A DNA stretch of 64,000 nucleotides. Origin: Terriglobia bacterium. GTDB taxonomy: Bacteria > Acidobacteriota > Terriglobia > 20CM-2-55-15. Below, in pieces: positions 52,594 through 62,829 of the stretch. Below the pieces are notes generated by a model. It had not been told where the DNA came from and made no database searches. It was given only the letters and a program-made list of their open reading frames with translations. The position numbers and the translations under genes are program-made. Every line of letters begins with the position of its first letter. The first letter of the stretch is position 1. The stretch spans positions 64,001 to 128,000 of the forward strand of contig CAXWPJ010000011.1 of assembly GCA_963664115.2 (NCBI GenBank), read 5' to 3'.

Positions 52594-53273
52594 AAGCGTG
52601 AGCGATGGAACCCGAACCCAGGGCCACTGGAGCCACAATCCCAGGGGGCGTTGCTTTCCACCTTTCGCAGAACGTTTTCACTCGGTCTCGAATCCGATTC
52701 CATAGCCAATAAGCCCTTCAAAAAAAGAGCTTCGAGCATAAACAGAGAATTCCAGTTGACAAAAACATGTACACGAATCGAAGCTTGGAGCATCTTTCGT
52801 CGCTGAGGCTCAGGGAAGGGCACGACAATATAGGTGTTTTCCCTGAGTCATTTCTTGACTGGGACTTTCCGGCATTTTTCGGCCTGTCCGTCAGTTCAGC
52901 GTAGCGAAGGAATCACAATACTATGGCTGGCAGGAAGCAAGCCGTGGGCATTGAAGAACTCGGTGCCCACACCAGAAAGGATGCTGGAATCTCCATCGGG
53001 TCTCCCACGACCCGCAGATCTTCGCGTACTCGACCTGTGCGCAAATTCAGCAACCCACCCGAGACTGTCTCCGGTGGAGCATCTCGCTTTTTCCTTTCAG
53101 CCCTGAAGAATTCTGGGGCACGCCTGTGAGATCCCAAGACAGCTCGGGATAGGTTTCCGAGCGAGTTGGGTGTAGACCTCATGGCCGGCTCCTTTCAGTT
53201 TGCGCCAAGGATTGTCCTTGCGGACGATCGCTTACGGTCCCACGGCGCAAACTTTGGAGATAGGGAGAAACGC

Positions 53274-55769
53274 ATGATATTCGGTCTCAAAAAGATGTCG
53301 TCATCGATTGTGTTGGGCGTGCTGTTGCTACACCTCGTGCCCGCAGTAGATGTAGTTGCGCAGGATTCCACAGGTACCGTTGCGCTGGATCCTTTAGATT
53401 CTACTTATGTGCAGGATTCCGCGGAAGCGGCTGCTGCGCGGGATCGTATCGAGGTCATCATCCGGCTGGACGGCTCAATGGAGAAGGTGCGCCGACTTGT
53501 TGAATCGTTAGGGGGAAACGTGACCCGCGAATACCGTTACCTGGGCAGCTTGCTTGCTGAAGTACCCACCCGCGTGCTGGAGCGCTTGAAGTCAGCGGCG
53601 GCGGTTAAACAAATGTTCAGAAACAGTCCGATCCAGGCGCCCGAGCTCGTGTGGCCGTTCGGGGGACGTGAGGTGGCAGAAGCTGCCAGCCCGGATGCGC
53701 TGGCGAACATCAACTCCAATGGATCGACGCCGATCACAGACGTGGTGACCTATGCCCTGGCCAACCCGGGCTCTTACATCATCAACCACGATGCGGATAA
53801 TGTCCGGGAGTTGCATCAGGCCGGTCTGACCGGCGAGGGCGTGATTGTTGCCGTTGTCGATTCTGGACTCCGACCGAATTTTGGACACTTCGATGAGGGC
53901 ACGACCGTAATCGGATGCGAGGATTTCGTTGGCGATGGTAACGGCTGTATCGATCGCAACAACGATGGTCACGGCACGGCGGTCGCGGGAATCATTGCGG
54001 CTGGAGCCGAGTTTCATTTCCCTCCCAGTAACGTGTTCCTCCAATCGGTCTCCATTCATGCCCCCGATGCGGCCCTGGATCGTCTACCCAACCCGGCTCC
54101 GGACACCGTCGCCATGATTGGAAGCGCCCCGGACGCACAGATCTATGCTTTAAGGGTTTTCGGCAACCTTGCCGCCTCGAGTACCGCAACCATATTGGAA
54201 GCCATTGACAGGATCATCGAGTTGAAAACAGTAGAACTCGTGGATATTCGCGTCGCGAACTTCAGTCTCGGCCGCCGGACGATTTATGCAGGACTGGACG
54301 ACTTCGATCAGGAATTTGAGATTCTCCTTGCTAACGGCATCGTGCCGATAGTCTCGACTGGCAATGCCGGTCCAGCACTCCTTACGACTGCCAGCCCGGC
54401 CAGTGCTTTCAGCGCCATCGCTGTGGGCGCGGGCAGTCTGGTCCACCAGGACCGCATCGTGGGCGATGTGGGGTTCTTTGGTGCGCCGGGCCCCGGCGAT
54501 ACGTTGCGTCCGTTCGCTCCAGGGCAGACCGCGTGGTTCAGTTCGCGCGGGCCGCACGCAGATGGCCGTCAGGGACCTCAAGTCATGTCCGATGGTTTTG
54601 GGGTCTACGGAGCCGGATTGGCCAATCAAAGTGGCAACGTCAGTCTCGTTAACGGAAGCAGTTTCAGCGCACCCAACGTTGCCGGTATTGCGGCCCTGCT
54701 CTGGGAAGATCTTGATAACCATTCTGTCCCTTCCAACGATCTTTCCGCCACACGCATCCGGAACGCCATCGTTGGAAGCGGTAGTGGTGCGATCATCGTT
54801 GGTGGCGAGACACCCGACGATCAGGGGAATGGGTGGGTGGACGCGGCCGCCGCCCTCGGCAACCTGGCGAAATCTGATGAAACCTTGCCGCCACCTCCGT
54901 CGCCGGGAATTCTCGTAAAAGACAACATCGGCAAGACATTGGCGGGCGTGGGAGACATAACATTCCTTGAGAATCTGGAACCCGGCGACCGCCAGGATGT
55001 CATCTATGAAGTCCTTGCAGGGGATGTGGGATTGAGGGTCTCGCTAACCAACATATCGACGGGAACAATGTGCCAAGGTCCAGCGCCTTTTTTTGGTAAT
55101 GAGCTTCAGTTGGCCATCCACTCCGCCAAGACATCCACCGCGGGACCCTCGGGACAGTATTATGACCTGAAACCGAACGAAGGATTTGAGCACGCGTTTA
55201 TTGGACAATCGGACCTGGACGGCAGCAATGTTTCGGGTGTGTTGCCGGGGGCCTGTGACATTGACGGGTGTTCTTTCGACCTGCCGACTCCCGAACCGGG
55301 ACTTGTCCGCATCAGCGTCAGTGGTGCAACCACAAACGGTTGTGACATGTCGGCACATGTCGAGATCCCTTCATTTACACCGGGCCCATTACCTATCCCT
55401 CTGCTGAATACCGGAACGGTTCTGGACCTTGACACGATGTTTGCGGGTTCGATCATTGTGAATTCCGGAGACGCAGAGATAGCGTTCGAGCTCTCGTGGG
55501 ACAGTAACTGGACACACTACGTCGGGAACGACCTGGAACTCCTGGTTTTCATGCCCGGATACCCAGCCCCGCTGCCGCTCGGCCTGACTCTCAACGCGCC
55601 TGAGAAGTTCATCATCAATTCGGAAATCCTGACGGCTCTTCTCGGAGCGCATCCGCCCGTTCCGCTTCCGACGGGGACTTGGACCCTGTACGTTCAGGGA
55701 TTCGAGGTCAACGAGGAACTTGGAGAATTCTGGGAACTTCGGGCCACGATTGATGGCGTTCCACAGTGA
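53274..55769 (+). CDS. secreted S8 subtilisin-like serine peptidase with C-terminal extension
   Basis: VAVVDSG, HGTAVAG, GNAG, FSSRGP, NGSSFSAP. Confidence 0.9.
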   Translation: MIFGLKKMSSSIVLGVLLLHLVPAVDVVAQDSTGTVALDPLDSTYVQDSAEAAAARDRIEVIIRLDGSMEKVRRLVESLGGNVTREYRYLGSLLAEVPTRVLERLKSAAAVKQMFRNSPIQAPELVWPFGGREVAEAASPDALANINSNGSTPITDVVTYALANPGSYIINHDADNVRELHQAGLTGEGVIVAVVDSGLRPNFGHFDEGTTVIGCEDFVGDGNGCIDRNNDGHGTAVAGIIAAGAEFHFPPSNVFLQSVSIHAPDAALDRLPNPAPDTVAMIGSAPDAQIYALRVFGNLAASSTATILEAIDRIIELKTVELVDIRVANFSLGRRTIYAGLDDFDQEFEILLANGIVPIVSTGNAGPALLTTASPASAFSAIAVGAGSLVHQDRIVGDVGFFGAPGPGDTLRPFAPGQTAWFSSRGPHADGRQGPQVMSDGFGVYGAGLANQSGNVSLVNGSSFSAPNVAGIAALLWEDLDNHSVPSNDLSATRIRNAIVGSGSGAIIVGGETPDDQGNGWVDAAAALGNLAKSDETLPPPPSPGILVKDNIGKTLAGVGDITFLENLEPGDRQDVIYEVLAGDVGLRVSLTNISTGTMCQGPAPFFGNELQLAIHSAKTSTAGPSGQYYDLKPNEGFEHAFIGQSDLDGSNVSGVLPGACDIDGCSFDLPTPEPGLVRISVSGATTNGCDMSAHVEIPSFTPGPLPIPLLNTGTVLDLDTMFAGSIIVNSGDAEIAFELSWDSNWTHYVGNDLELLVFMPGYPAPLPLGLTLNAPEKFIINSEILTALLGAHPPVPLPTGTWTLYVQGFEVNEELGEFWELRATIDGVPQ

Positions 55770-55967
55770 GTCGTCATCCAGGATCGAATAGAAGAAGGGT
55801 GGCTCTACTCGACTTTCGAAAATAGACCGATTTACGGAACGGACACGCGTTTCGCAAGTTCTTCTGGGCAGTTTCTGGGTGTGGTTTAATATCCGTTCAC
55901 GAGAACAACCGGCTGCGCTGCGAGCCGAGTCTCGCACGCACCGGATGGTGCCCAAAGGAGGACGGGA

Positions 55968-56645
55968 ATGATGCAGACATATTTTGAAGAACTGATGGTG
56001 GGAGCCGTGGTTGCGGTCGCGACTCTATTGATCGCGCCGATTGTGGCGGCCCAAACGCCCGTTCCCCGACCGGTCATGCCCCCTGCGCTTCCGGCGGTGC
56101 ATGTGGTTGATGTGATGACGGGGCAGGGGGCGGCCGAGCTCGAGGTACAGTGGAAGACGATGGAGGCGAAAATTGTCGAGCGGGCGCCGATCGACGCAGC
56201 GCTTCCCGGTTACACGACTGCGTACGATATTTCGCCCCATGCCGGCGAGACGGGCTTCGACGATTCGCATTGGCCAGCAATTGAGGCAGAGGACCTTGCG
56301 GCACGGCGCAGCGGTGGACATGTCGCTTTCATTTGGTACCGTACTGACCTGACCATCCCCGAAAGGATTGGAGATTTCGAGACGGCGGGCACAAAGGCGG
56401 TGCTGACAGTATTGGTCGACGATTACGCTGAAGTCTGGGTTGATGGGCAAATGCCGCGCCAGGCCGGCTATCCGAGTCCGGCGACGATTCAGGGCTTCAA
56501 CATGCCGAACCGCGTGACGCTAACCGATGCCGTGCGGCCGGGCGACAAATTCGAAATCGCTGTGTTCGGCATCAACGGACCGATCTCGGTTGCGCCCGCG
56601 AACACAGTGTGGTTCCGCGAAGCGCGGCTTGAATTTTATCGGTAA
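55968..56645 (+). CDS. secreted jelly-roll (galactose-binding-like) domain protein
   Basis: Signal peptide; FDDSHW, WYRTDLTIP, VDDYAEVWVDG resemble beta-sandwich sugar-binding domains. Confidence 0.6.
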   Translation: MMQTYFEELMVGAVVAVATLLIAPIVAAQTPVPRPVMPPALPAVHVVDVMTGQGAAELEVQWKTMEAKIVERAPIDAALPGYTTAYDISPHAGETGFDDSHWPAIEAEDLAARRSGGHVAFIWYRTDLTIPERIGDFETAGTKAVLTVLVDDYAEVWVDGQMPRQAGYPSPATIQGFNMPNRVTLTDAVRPGDKFEIAVFGINGPISVAPANTVWFREARLEFYR

Positions 56646-56902
56646 GATTGCACCCTCCCCTTGCGGAGGGTCATTGGCGAATGCGCCTTGGAGTGCCGGT
56701 TCCCGTTATCACCAGCCTGTGAGGCCAGGTCTCAGATCGCCGGCTTGCGGGAACGTCCTCCGTTGAGACCACAAACGGGGCAGTCAAAATTGTTCGGACA
56801 GAAGGGAGCATGTTTCCTGACAGCCGTGCTCACCATTAAACACGGAACGTCTCACCAGCCCCACACCCGGACCTCATGCCCTTTCCTGTGGATCCAGTAA
56901 AG

Positions 56903-57850
56903 TTACAAACGTTCCTTGAGTTTGTCGATGAGTGCCTCGATAACCTTCTTGCCTTCGGGTGATGCGCCTTCGTACTGCGTGATCAGATTCTCCAGGTTCA
57001 CCCCAGCGAGTGCCGCCGGTTTCCTTCTGACGCTGTCAAGTCCGACCTTCGGAAGAATAGCGGTGCTGACACGTTCGAGCGCTGAGAACAAGAAATCAGA
57101 GTTATAGCCGGCAATAAATGCCAGAGCGGACGAACTGATTTCAATAATTCCAGTGCCTGTGCTCACTTGGGAGATGATGATCTTGACCACTCCGCCGGCA
57201 ACGAGGCCGAGAAGCAGTCGGTTGTAATACTCTGGAATCCGCAGCGTATCGAAGGTTCGATGGTGTAGCTTCTGGTGGGCAGACCGTAAAAGAGTCGTGA
57301 GTGCTCCAAGACCACCGTAAGCAAATGGCACAATCGAGCGGAGAACCTCTGCCAGCATGTGCAGACGAACAAATCCGTCGTTAGTATCCGGATCCAAGGG
57401 GTAGAAGCGCTGAAGCAGATTGTCGTAGTTTTCGGTGGCTACGACGACAACGGCGAGTGCAATTGTCCAGAGCCAGAGTTTACGAGACCACATCATTGCT
57501 TTGGATCTGTTGCCGGGCGCCCACAGACGAACATTGCGCCCATGCCCGTCGTCGGTCGCTCTCAAACTCGCCGCGGTGACCGGGGCCAGGCACTGCACTA
57601 AGTCACGGTACGCTCTTTGAAACCGTTCCTGGGACTTCGCCTCGGTCTTTTCATCCTTATCCGGCGGCCGAACAACAAGGTCGGTGATCAGGCTATCCGG
57701 CACTGATTCGCCGCTTGCGAGTGCGAACTCGAGAAGCAAATTTGCATCTTCCATCTCGCCCACGATCCGTTCGTGTTGAATACTCAGAACTTTATCAATC
57801 AACGCATCGCTCGGAATCTCAGTCGATGACGCAATATGGTCGTCAGTCAT
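56903..57850 (-). CDS. hypothetical multi-pass membrane protein
   Basis: About 4 hydrophobic segments; GGLGA..., RLLLGLVAG, AFIAGY motifs; AGGAAG upstream. Confidence 0.7.
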   Translation of the reverse strand: MTDDHIASSTEIPSDALIDKVLSIQHERIVGEMEDANLLLEFALASGESVPDSLITDLVVRPPDKDEKTEAKSQERFQRAYRDLVQCLAPVTAASLRATDDGHGRNVRLWAPGNRSKAMMWSRKLWLWTIALAVVVVATENYDNLLQRFYPLDPDTNDGFVRLHMLAEVLRSIVPFAYGGLGALTTLLRSAHQKLHHRTFDTLRIPEYYNRLLLGLVAGGVVKIIISQVSTGTGIIEISSSALAFIAGYNSDFLFSALERVSTAILPKVGLDSVRRKPAALAGVNLENLITQYEGASPEGKKVIEALIDKLKERL

Positions 57851-58071
57851 TTAGCTTCCTTGTCCCGTGCGCGCCACGCTCCACCGAAACCACCGTTACC
57901 AATTGCGGACCAAGTCCTGTAGCGGCCGGGCTGTTGGCGGGATTGCATCGTTGTTTTAGCCTGTCTCTCACTGAACCGTGAAAAACTCGATAAAAGATAC
58001 TAAAGAAGGGATTTAGAAGCAATCAAAGTCTCACTTCCTGTAATTGTTCAACGAACATGCCATCCGTTGAA

Positions 58072-59682
58072 CTATGGGGTGGTGGACGGCGGTCTGCGAT
58101 GATTGGTCGCCTGCTCGTACGCAAAGGCGAGCTTTATCATCGTCCCTTCGTCGTACGGCCTTCCCATGAAGGTGATCCCGGCGGGAAGGTCGTCTGTCGT
58201 AAACCCGGCCGGAACCACGATAGCGGGAACGAACACCAGGAAGGTATTTAAATATGGAATGCCTTTGGTATTGACGTAAGGCGGATTGACGCCATCGGCG
58301 ATGAGCGTGGGCTGATGCTCCACTGCCTTATAGACGATCGCATCCAGTTCGTTGTCCGCCATGACTTTCAGGAAGTTGGTCATCAGTTTCTCTCGGGCCA
58401 CTACGGACCGGCCATGCCTTTCCGCATCCGTAAATGCCGTTAGCCGGTTTCGAGCGTACCGAAACACCTGAGGGAAGTCCCCCGACTGAGTCATCTCTTC
58501 AAGAGACGCGAAGGGTGGATCAGCGCTTCTCCCGAAGAATAATCTGAAGGCTTCCGCCGTCATTTCAGTGGAATTTGAGGCCTGCAATTCCAGCGACTCC
58601 TTCAGTTCTGGAATCACGATGGGATCCACCACTACAGCCCCTGCGACCTGCAGCTCTCCGATGGCTCTGTCGAAAATCGGGGTTATCTTTGCGAAGTCTT
58701 CCGAATCCGGCTCTGAATCCCGGCCCATCGACTCGCGCAAGACACCGATGCGCGCTCCTTGCAAACCCTCGCTGTCGAGGAAATCGGTGTAGCTATCCGG
58801 CACATGGCCGACGCCCCGGGCCGTGACCGGATCCTCCGGATCGTAGCCAACCATTGCATCCAGAAGTTTAGCCAGATCCGTCACCGTGCGAGCCATCGGG
58901 CCGAGAGACCCATTGAGCTGTGGCCAACCGTCAAACACACCGGTTCGGCTGACCAGGCCAGCCGTGGGTCTCATCCCTACAATGGAGTTCCAGGTCGAAG
59001 GCCTGCGGACCGATGCGAAGCCCTCCTGGCCCACGGCCACGGTCGCGAAGTTCGCAGCCACGCCTGCACCGGATCCACCTGAGGAGCCGCCCGCCGTTCG
59101 ATCAAGCGCATAGGGGTTTCTGGTCGAGCCAAACAGCGAACCATGCGTGTCGCCTCCGCCTAATTCTCCCAGAGTGGTTTTCGCTAGAATGATTGCTCCG
59201 GCTTCTCTCAGCTGTTCGATGACGAAGGCATCTCCGTCTGGGTAGTAGTCTTCAAAGAGAATCGAGCCCAGGGTCGTCCGCATCCCTGCGGCATTCACCT
59301 GATCCTTCAGAATCACCGGGATGCCGTGTAGCGGCCCAACAAATCCGGATGTTTCGAACGCGGCATCCAATCGATCCGCTTCCCGGAGAGCCGCAGCATT
59401 AACCGAAATGATTGCATTGATGGCCGGACCCTGTTGGTCGTAAGTCTCGATCCGGTCCAGATAGAGCTGGACCAACTGATGTGCCGTCAGAGTTCCGGCG
59501 TTGTAGGCCTCGTGAATATCTTCAATCGTGGCCTCTACAAGTTGGAAGGGCTCGTTCTGCCCGCCAGCACTTTGAGGCCTTAGCGAGAAAAGAAAGAGTG
59601 ATCCGAAAATCAAGGCCAGCGCCACTATCGGCCTGGCAGGCCTGGAACCCATGCGTCTCATATTCCAACGATCCAACATCAC
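58072..59682 (-). CDS. secreted amidase-signature family protein
   Basis: GPLHGIPVILKD, TRNPY.LDRTAGGSSGGSG, GPMARTV.D, A.AYEQAT..RRPP. Confidence 0.92.
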   Translation of the reverse strand: MMLDRWNMRRMGSRPARPIVALALIFGSLFLFSLRPQSAGGQNEPFQLVEATIEDIHEAYNAGTLTAHQLVQLYLDRIETYDQQGPAINAIISVNAAALREADRLDAAFETSGFVGPLHGIPVILKDQVNAAGMRTTLGSILFEDYYPDGDAFVIEQLREAGAIILAKTTLGELGGGDTHGSLFGSTRNPYALDRTAGGSSGGSGAGVAANFATVAVGQEGFASVRRPSTWNSIVGMRPTAGLVSRTGVFDGWPQLNGSLGPMARTVTDLAKLLDAMVGYDPEDPVTARGVGHVPDSYTDFLDSEGLQGARIGVLRESMGRDSEPDSEDFAKITPIFDRAIGELQVAGAVVVDPIVIPELKESLELQASNSTEMTAEAFRLFFGRSADPPFASLEEMTQSGDFPQVFRYARNRLTAFTDAERHGRSVVAREKLMTNFLKVMADNELDAIVYKAVEHQPTLIADGVNPPYVNTKGIPYLNTFLVFVPAIVVPAGFTTDDLPAGITFMGRPYDEGTMIKLAFAYEQATNHRRPPSTTP

Positions 59683-59901
59683 ATTCTCCTTTTTGAGTGC
59701 CTACCCAGCGAGTCGTTGCTTTCGTAACTGAAAAGTCTTGCGCCTGATTCCAGTGCCATCGATCTGCGGCTAAAACATCCTCTGCAAAGCCTGGAGCGCT
59801 GCAACCGCCCGCAGGCCATCCAAGCCAAAACACTCCATCAGCTTTGTCATATTTCGTCACATTTTTGAAATCGACTCTTCAGGTTTCTTCCGTTTCCATA
59901 C

Positions 59902-60699
59902 CTATCGTTCCGTGATCCCGCCGGCGGGCTCCCTTACGGTCCGTCTATAGAGTGCCTCGTCTGAGGGAACACAAAAATACTCACCCATTTCTGTTCCCGG
60001 ACTCAAGCTGACGGTGGCCTCCGTCACCCAGGGTCGCGTGTAGATCTTAGGATCGTCGATCGTGAGCCTTACCTCCAGGCTGCTATAGCTGGGACGACGG
60101 TAACGCTCGATCACTTTCATGGCATCGGAGTGCTGATGACCCTGCGTATCCAGCCAGCTTCTTTCGTCGAATCCGATTGATTCGACAACGAAGGTGTCAC
60201 CCTCCCAGTTGCCAATGGAGTACCCCAGCCACCGGGGCTCAGGGCTTTCCGGAAGCCCACGTCCGTCCGTCCAGATCGTACGGTGTGTGTGATACACCTC
60301 AAAGAACTGAAGAGTCCTGTCGGGAAGATGAATGAACTCCATCCCGTAGTTGTAGTTCAGCCAGCGGGGATAACCCAAAGGATCGCAGATCATCATCGGG
60401 TCGTTTCCCAGTGGCACGGCTCGAGGCCCCATCCCGGGCTTCGCGGCATCGAACTTGGCTTGGCCCTGGGCCGTCATCGGAGGAACTTCGTTGCTTAAGC
60501 GCACTCCCCCTCTGCCCCAAACTCCCGAAAGGTCGCCCGGATCGAACGGCTGATCCGCAACATTCCCGACCGCCTCCCGTTGCGCATCAGTCTGGCAGCG
60601 TGGGCAGGGCAGCCAGGAGCCGTTCTGAGCCAGTACAACGGACGACATCATCCAGACGGCCGCGCCTGCGATAAGGACGCTCACAAAGTGATTTCGCAT
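59902..60699 (-). CDS. secreted two-Cys family protein (paralog 8)
   Basis: DLSGVW, CDPLGYPR, RTIWTDGR, GYSIGNWEGDTFVVES, DDP..YTRPW, EYFC; extra CPRC near the N-terminus. Confidence 0.85.
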   Translation of the reverse strand: MRNHFVSVLIAGAAVWMMSSVVLAQNGSWLPCPRCQTDAQREAVGNVADQPFDPGDLSGVWGRGGVRLSNEVPPMTAQGQAKFDAAKPGMGPRAVPLGNDPMMICDPLGYPRWLNYNYGMEFIHLPDRTLQFFEVYHTHRTIWTDGRGLPESPEPRWLGYSIGNWEGDTFVVESIGFDERSWLDTQGHQHSDAMKVIERYRRPSYSSLEVRLTIDDPKIYTRPWVTEATVSLSPGTEMGEYFCVPSDEALYRRTVREPAGGITER

Positions 60700-60857
60700 G
60701 GTGTGCAAACTCCTTCCGTGTTCCAAGTGGGCGGTCACCGATCCGAGCGACAGACCCATAGCGATAAAACATCTCCCGACCACCGGTGATATTCACAGGC
60801 AACCACAGGACCGATGTCCAACCGACTGCGGCACTCGCGATTTTCCCGCTGTCGTGA

Positions 60858-61346
60858 TTAACGCTGGTCCTCTCGCAATCTCGATCGGTCTTCAATCAAC
60901 ACATTGCCGTCTGAAGCCACAACTTTGTAGAGCAGTCCGGCAGGAGTGCCGGCCCTTGAAGGAAGCACGCTGACAGTAATTTCGTCTCCAGGGTTGAGCG
61001 TAGTCCGGCTCCATCCAAATTCACCGGTCATCGAAAAAATAGAGGATGTTTCAGCGGTCCATTCGACGGCATTGCCATCGGCATCCTTCACTTCGTAGAT
61101 GATGAAGCAGTGCGGATTTCTCCACACCCATTCCTTCACGATGCCATTCATTGTGATGAGCTTCGCGATGTCGGTGTCATACGACACCGCGGATCCGTGG
61201 TGGGCGAACAGTGGAAGCGGGGACAGCGCAATTCCGGCGACCAGGACAACACACAGGACCATGAAGCCGACACCTGCGACTCGTCTGGGGTTCACGCCAC
61301 ACCTCCTGACTTTAGTATCTAGATTAAATGTTCCGAATCTGGCCAT
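60858..61346 (-). CDS. DUF6152-like secreted protein (mature N-terminus HH)
   Basis: LFA|HHGSAVSYD, GIVKEWVWRNPH, PGDEITV; start uncertain. Confidence 0.85.
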   Translation of the reverse strand: MARFGTFNLDTKVRRCGVNPRRVAGVGFMVLCVVLVAGIALSPLPLFAHHGSAVSYDTDIAKLITMNGIVKEWVWRNPHCFIIYEVKDADGNAVEWTAETSSIFSMTGEFGWSRTTLNPGDEITVSVLPSRAGTPAGLLYKVVASDGNVLIEDRSRLREDQR

Positions 61347-61374
61347 TTTGCCGCTGGATGAACTCTCCTAGTCG

Positions 61375-62346
61375 CTACTCCCTCGGCGCATCTTCAGCTC
61401 CCCGTTCCTCAGCCCGAGCTGCGGCGAGGATGTGCGCCATGGCGTAGTTGCCTTCGTGGCAAGCGTATTCGTAGATCGGACCCTCCGTGGTCTTCATTGG
61501 GATCTCCCCGGACCATGGACTTGCGAAGGATTCTGGATCGTCGAGGCTGAACTGATACAGAAGTGTGTTCTCATCCACACGCTCGAAGCGCTCCACCACA
61601 CGGAGGTTCTCGCCGGACCCTCTGAAGTTGGTTTGGTCGGTGAAATTGGTCGTTTCCACAACCAGGGTGTCGTCCTCCCACCGTCCGCGCGAGTCTCCCA
61701 TCCACAGCCGGACGTTTTCGGGCAGGTGGGGACTCCCGTCGAGGGGAATGATCCGAGCGTCGTGTATCATCTCAATGAAAATAACAACATGATCCTGGGT
61801 CTGTACGATCTGGTAGTTATTGTTGTAGCCCCCTGGAAGCATCGGCGGCCCGTTGTTGCCGCGTGTGATACACCGGTCGTTCAAACTCCGGTCTTCGGGG
61901 CCATCGGCGGGATGGAGCCTTCTCGCTTCCGCGCGGTCGTCCGCTCTCGCCTGCGCTTCCGGAGTTAAGGGAGGGATTCTTCCGTCCGGTGGATCCACAA
62001 TCAGCGAAGTGCGCCCGCTCGATACAACTGCGGTTCCACGATCCCACCAAAAGTCGTTGTAGGCCCGTCTCAGATCGGCCTCAGGGTCGCTGTTGCGCCG
62101 ATCCGCATCGTTTCGTTCGCTCGCCTGAGCTTCGTATTCGGCTGCTTCCTCTTCGGTAAAGAACGCCTGATCTTCGAGTTCACGCGGACGCTCCAAGGGT
62201 GTCACAGTGGCGTTCGTCCATATGCCCTCAAGACTTGGCTGGCCGTCTGGTGTACGGGGAACCTGACCGGCAGAGGTGAGGGCAAACAAGACCAATGTGA
62301 CTGCGGCTCGTAGAGGATAAATTGAAGCGTAAGGTCGATGGCTCAT
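61375..62346 (-). CDS. secreted two-Cys family protein (paralog 9)
   Basis: PRTPDGQPSLEGIW, DRCI, ARIIPLDG, GDSRGRWEDDTLVVETTNF, YEYACHEGN. Confidence 0.87.
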   Translation of the reverse strand: MSHRPYASIYPLRAAVTLVLFALTSAGQVPRTPDGQPSLEGIWTNATVTPLERPRELEDQAFFTEEEAAEYEAQASERNDADRRNSDPEADLRRAYNDFWWDRGTAVVSSGRTSLIVDPPDGRIPPLTPEAQARADDRAEARRLHPADGPEDRSLNDRCITRGNNGPPMLPGGYNNNYQIVQTQDHVVIFIEMIHDARIIPLDGSPHLPENVRLWMGDSRGRWEDDTLVVETTNFTDQTNFRGSGENLRVVERFERVDENTLLYQFSLDDPESFASPWSGEIPMKTTEGPIYEYACHEGNYAMAHILAAARAEERGAEDAPRE

Positions 62347-62829
62347 ATGAAGCCTCCCTGTTCAGTATTGGGCGATGAAGCCGAGGTCGCTCTCAAAAAC
62401 AAATCATACAGAACAAAGCGCTTAGCATCAAACAACGTCTGAGCTTCGGTTTCCCTTTGTTCTCAGGGGCAGTGCGAAGTCAAAGCCTCGCCCTGCTGGT
62501 ACAATTCCCGCGAGCCCCACGCCGTGAATATCTCGGGAAACAACCACCCGACTTGGGCCACCTGATCGTCATGGATTGCCCCGTCTGTCGAACGTTCTAT
62601 TACTGTTTGAAGGACTCGATGAATCTAACCATAGGAAGGGGTTGGCGGCAAACAGAATCTCAACTCCCGCCAAAAGGCATGTCGGACGTTCAGAATCAGG
62701 GGGCGGCGAGCGGTCAAGGTCCGCCAAGATGACTGGTCAGGACTTGAGAATCAGATTCACGGTCGCTTACGGAACGAACACTCGTTCCTTCAGTTCTTCA
62801 AATCAGCAGCAGTCGCACGATTGCTTTTA

